DNA from: Chloroflexota bacterium
GTDB lineage: Bacteria > Chloroflexota > UBA11872 > VXOZ01
NCBI GenBank assembly: GCA_965221905.1
Contig: OZ244922.1
Location: forward strand, 192,001 to 256,000
Direction of reading: 5' to 3'
DNA length: 64,000 nt
This document shows, piece by piece, positions 61,545 through 64,000 of this stretch. The position numbers and the translations under genes are program-made. Under the pieces are notes generated by a model. It searched no databases. It was not told the DNA's origin and saw nothing but the letters and a program-made list of their open reading frames with translations. Position 1 is the first letter of the stretch, and each line of letters begins with the position of its first letter.

Positions 61545-61780
61545 GTCCGTACATGCTTCGACAGGCTCAGCACGAACGGACTAGCGGAAGCCTAGCGCAG
61601 CGGCCTCAGCGCGAACGGTCCAGTGGTAACTTGGTGAAGTGGTTTCAGCACGAACGGGCTAGCGGGAACTTGGTGAAGCAGTTTCAGCACGAACGGACTA
61701 GCGGAATCTTGGCGTAGCGGCCTCGGCACGAGCGGTCCAGTGGGAACTTGGTGAAGCGGTGTCAGCATGAACGGACGTTT
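61545..61780. repeat. 39-bp tandem repeat (5 full units plus a partial one) extending from a REP-like element
   Basis: CAGCACGAACGG variants at 61568, 61607, 61646, 61685, 61724, 61763. Confidence 0.85.
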
Positions 61781-61989
61781 CGGCACACCGTGTCTTGTGA
61801 ATTTCCCCGCTTGGTGAAGAGACGCCCTATTGACTAATTATGCCTTTGAGTCAAAGACATTGGTGGGAATGGGAATGCCGTGCTCGCCTTCGCTACAATA
61901 TTGAACGGGGAGACGACACAGAAGGGGTGTGGCGAATCGGGCGGACTGTGGCGAGGTCAAGGTAGGGGATTACAGGAAGGAATAAGCAC

Positions 61990-62739
61990 GTGGGGCGATT
62001 TGAAGATCAAGTAGCGATTGTGACCGGCGCCGGCAGCGGCATTGGCTTGGGCATTGCGGAGCGGCTTGGGAGCGAAGGGGCAAAGGTGCTCATCACTGAC
62101 ATTGACGGTGCCACAGCGGATGAGGCGGTTGCTGCGCTCACCATGCAGGGAATAACCGCGCTGGCTGTTTGCGGCGACACGGCAGAGGAGTCGACGAGTC
62201 AGCGCGCCGTGGCGCAGGCTATGGCGGCGTGGGGCCGCATCGACATACTCGTAAACAACACCGGCATCATCGGCCAAACGGCGCCGCTGTGGGAACTGCC
62301 GGTGAGCGAGTTGGACCGCGTCTATGGGGTGAATCTGCGCGGTACGTATCTCTTCTGCCAGCAGGCGATTCCCCACATGCTCGCCCGGGACTACGGCCGC
62401 ATCGTGAACATGGCGTCGATTGCGGGTAAAGAGGGCAACCCCAACATGGTGCCCTACTCCGCAACCAAAGCCGCCGTTATCGGCCTTACAAAATCACTCG
62501 GCAAGGAACTGGCGGAGACCGGCATCCGCGTAAACTGTATTACCCCGGCGGTCGTCCGTACCCCGATTTGGGAGCAGACCACGGCGGCGCAGATGGACAT
62601 GCTGCTGGCGCGCATTCCCATGAAGCGCAGCGGCGAGATTGCCGAGGTAGCGGCGCTGGCGGCCTGGCTGGCGTCGGCTGAGTGCTCGTTTAGCACCGGC
62701 GCCGTCTTCGATCTCAGCGGCGGCCGCGCGACGTATTAA
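61990..62739 (+). CDS. Short-chain dehydrogenase/reductase
   Basis: TGAGSGIG, LVNNTG, YSATK. Confidence 0.93.
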   Translation: MGRFEDQVAIVTGAGSGIGLGIAERLGSEGAKVLITDIDGATADEAVAALTMQGITALAVCGDTAEESTSQRAVAQAMAAWGRIDILVNNTGIIGQTAPLWELPVSELDRVYGVNLRGTYLFCQQAIPHMLARDYGRIVNMASIAGKEGNPNMVPYSATKAAVIGLTKSLGKELAETGIRVNCITPAVVRTPIWEQTTAAQMDMLLARIPMKRSGEIAEVAALAAWLASAECSFSTGAVFDLSGGRATY

Positions 62740-62772
62740 TGGATGGTCCTCCCCCAAAACTGTGCGCCCGGC

Positions 62773-63915
62773 CTAGATGAACGCCGTGGAACCGTCGGGA
62801 TTCACGTCGAACGGGCGGTGCCAGGAGCGGATGGGCCGGTCGCGTACGAAGTCCTCATTCAGGGTGATGCCCCAGCCGGGAGTTTCGGGAATCTCTAGGT
62901 AGCCATCCGTGAGTTTGACCGGCTCCTCTAGCATGTCGCGGCGCGGCGACTCGTCGTCGGCGTGGTACTCCAGGATGATGAAGTTGTGGGTGGCCGCGGC
63001 AAAGTGGACGTTTACCGCAGTCGCTACCGGACCCAGCGGGTTGTGCGGCGCAACTTTGACGTAGTGCGCTTCGGCGAGCGCGGCGATCTTGCGCATCTCG
63101 GTCAGGCCGCCGCAGACGCAGATATCCGGCTGGATGATGGTCGCGGCTTGCTTTTCCAATAGCTCCCGAAAGCCGAAAGACGTGTAGAGCATCTCGCCCG
63201 TGGCAACGGGCACCGGCGACTTCTGCGCGAACCAGGCGAGGGCATCGATGTTCTCAGGGCGCAGCGGCTCCTCGAAGAAGAACGGCTGGGAAGGCGCGAC
63301 TGCTGCCGCCATCTCCAGGGCGCGGGCCGGCTCGAAAATGCGGGCGTGGGGATCGAGCCCGATGTCCACGTCCGGGCCCACGGCTTCCCGCACTGCCGCG
63401 ATGCGATCACCGGCCGCAGCCACCACGGCATTCCAAGACATCTGGCTCGCGTTCGGCGGATGCGGCGCCATCTTGAGCGCCGTATAGCCGTATTTTTCTA
63501 CGAGCGCTTTTGCACTTTCCGCGCAGGCTTCCGGCGTCGCCCCGCCGCAACCCTGGTACACGCGAATGCGGTCGCGGCACTTGCCGCCGAGCATGCGGTA
63601 CACCGGCTGCCCGGCCGCCTTGCCGCTGATGTCCCATAGGGCATGGTCGATGCCGCTAATAGCGGCGTTGATCACCGAGCCGCCCGGAAAGCGCGAGTGC
63701 AGGTACATGTGGTACCAAATGCCGTTGATGTCGCGGGGATCTTTGCCCACGATCCAGTCGGCGAAATCACTAATCGCGGCCGCCACTGCCTGGTTCGGCC
63801 CCACCGGATACGCTTCGCCAATGCCGCTGATGCCTTCGGAGGTGTTTATTTTCACTATAAGTACGTCGCGCGATGCGATCGGCGCGGCAAAGGTCTCGAC
63901 GGACGTGATCTTCAT
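62773..63915 (-). CDS. Mandelate racemase-family enzyme, galactonate dehydratase-like
   Basis: GIDHALWDI.GK, FFEEPL, ATGE, IQPD, APHNPLG. Confidence 0.88.
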   Translation of the reverse strand: MKITSVETFAAPIASRDVLIVKINTSEGISGIGEAYPVGPNQAVAAAISDFADWIVGKDPRDINGIWYHMYLHSRFPGGSVINAAISGIDHALWDISGKAAGQPVYRMLGGKCRDRIRVYQGCGGATPEACAESAKALVEKYGYTALKMAPHPPNASQMSWNAVVAAAGDRIAAVREAVGPDVDIGLDPHARIFEPARALEMAAAVAPSQPFFFEEPLRPENIDALAWFAQKSPVPVATGEMLYTSFGFRELLEKQAATIIQPDICVCGGLTEMRKIAALAEAHYVKVAPHNPLGPVATAVNVHFAAATHNFIILEYHADDESPRRDMLEEPVKLTDGYLEIPETPGWGITLNEDFVRDRPIRSWHRPFDVNPDGSTAFI

Positions 63916-64000
63916 TGCGTATTACTCCCGTAGCGTGGTGTACATGGAGGAAGAGGACACGGAAAGCTGTTGTTGCCCTCACCCTAGCCCTCTCTCACGG

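Noticed and set aside
61545-61780. CRISPR-like short array
   Set aside because: The whole 39-bp unit is homologous between copies; there is no repeat/spacer distinction.

Overview
GC-rich bacterial chromosomal window; gene content and repeat style suggest Chloroflexota (inference). It carries a phosphate/polyphosphate cluster (PhoB/PhoR-like pair, phoU, arsC-like, two tandem thymidylate-kinase-fold genes, ppx, CHAD), four tRNAs, an interrupted hisH-hisA-hisF run, a cbiMNQO cobalt/nickel ECF operon, guaA, tmk, mfd, pth, rsmA, several transporters and several intact or decayed toxin-antitoxin modules. Intergenic DNA is full of REP-like palindromes of several families. Four non-coding or unexpected signals stand out. 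(1) A ~390-nt, end-closed, multi-helix non-coding element at 30997-31387 (minus strand) with ordered motifs resembling the OLE RNA core, but much shorter and with no oapA in the window. (2) A complete IS110 element whose bridge RNA guides can be read directly and match the host repeat it sits in. (3) A promoter / two-hairpin RNA / terminator / NYN-RNase cassette with type III toxin-antitoxin-like architecture. (4) A PPK3-like heteromeric kinase pair. Palindromic repeats are also translated in frame inside three genes.
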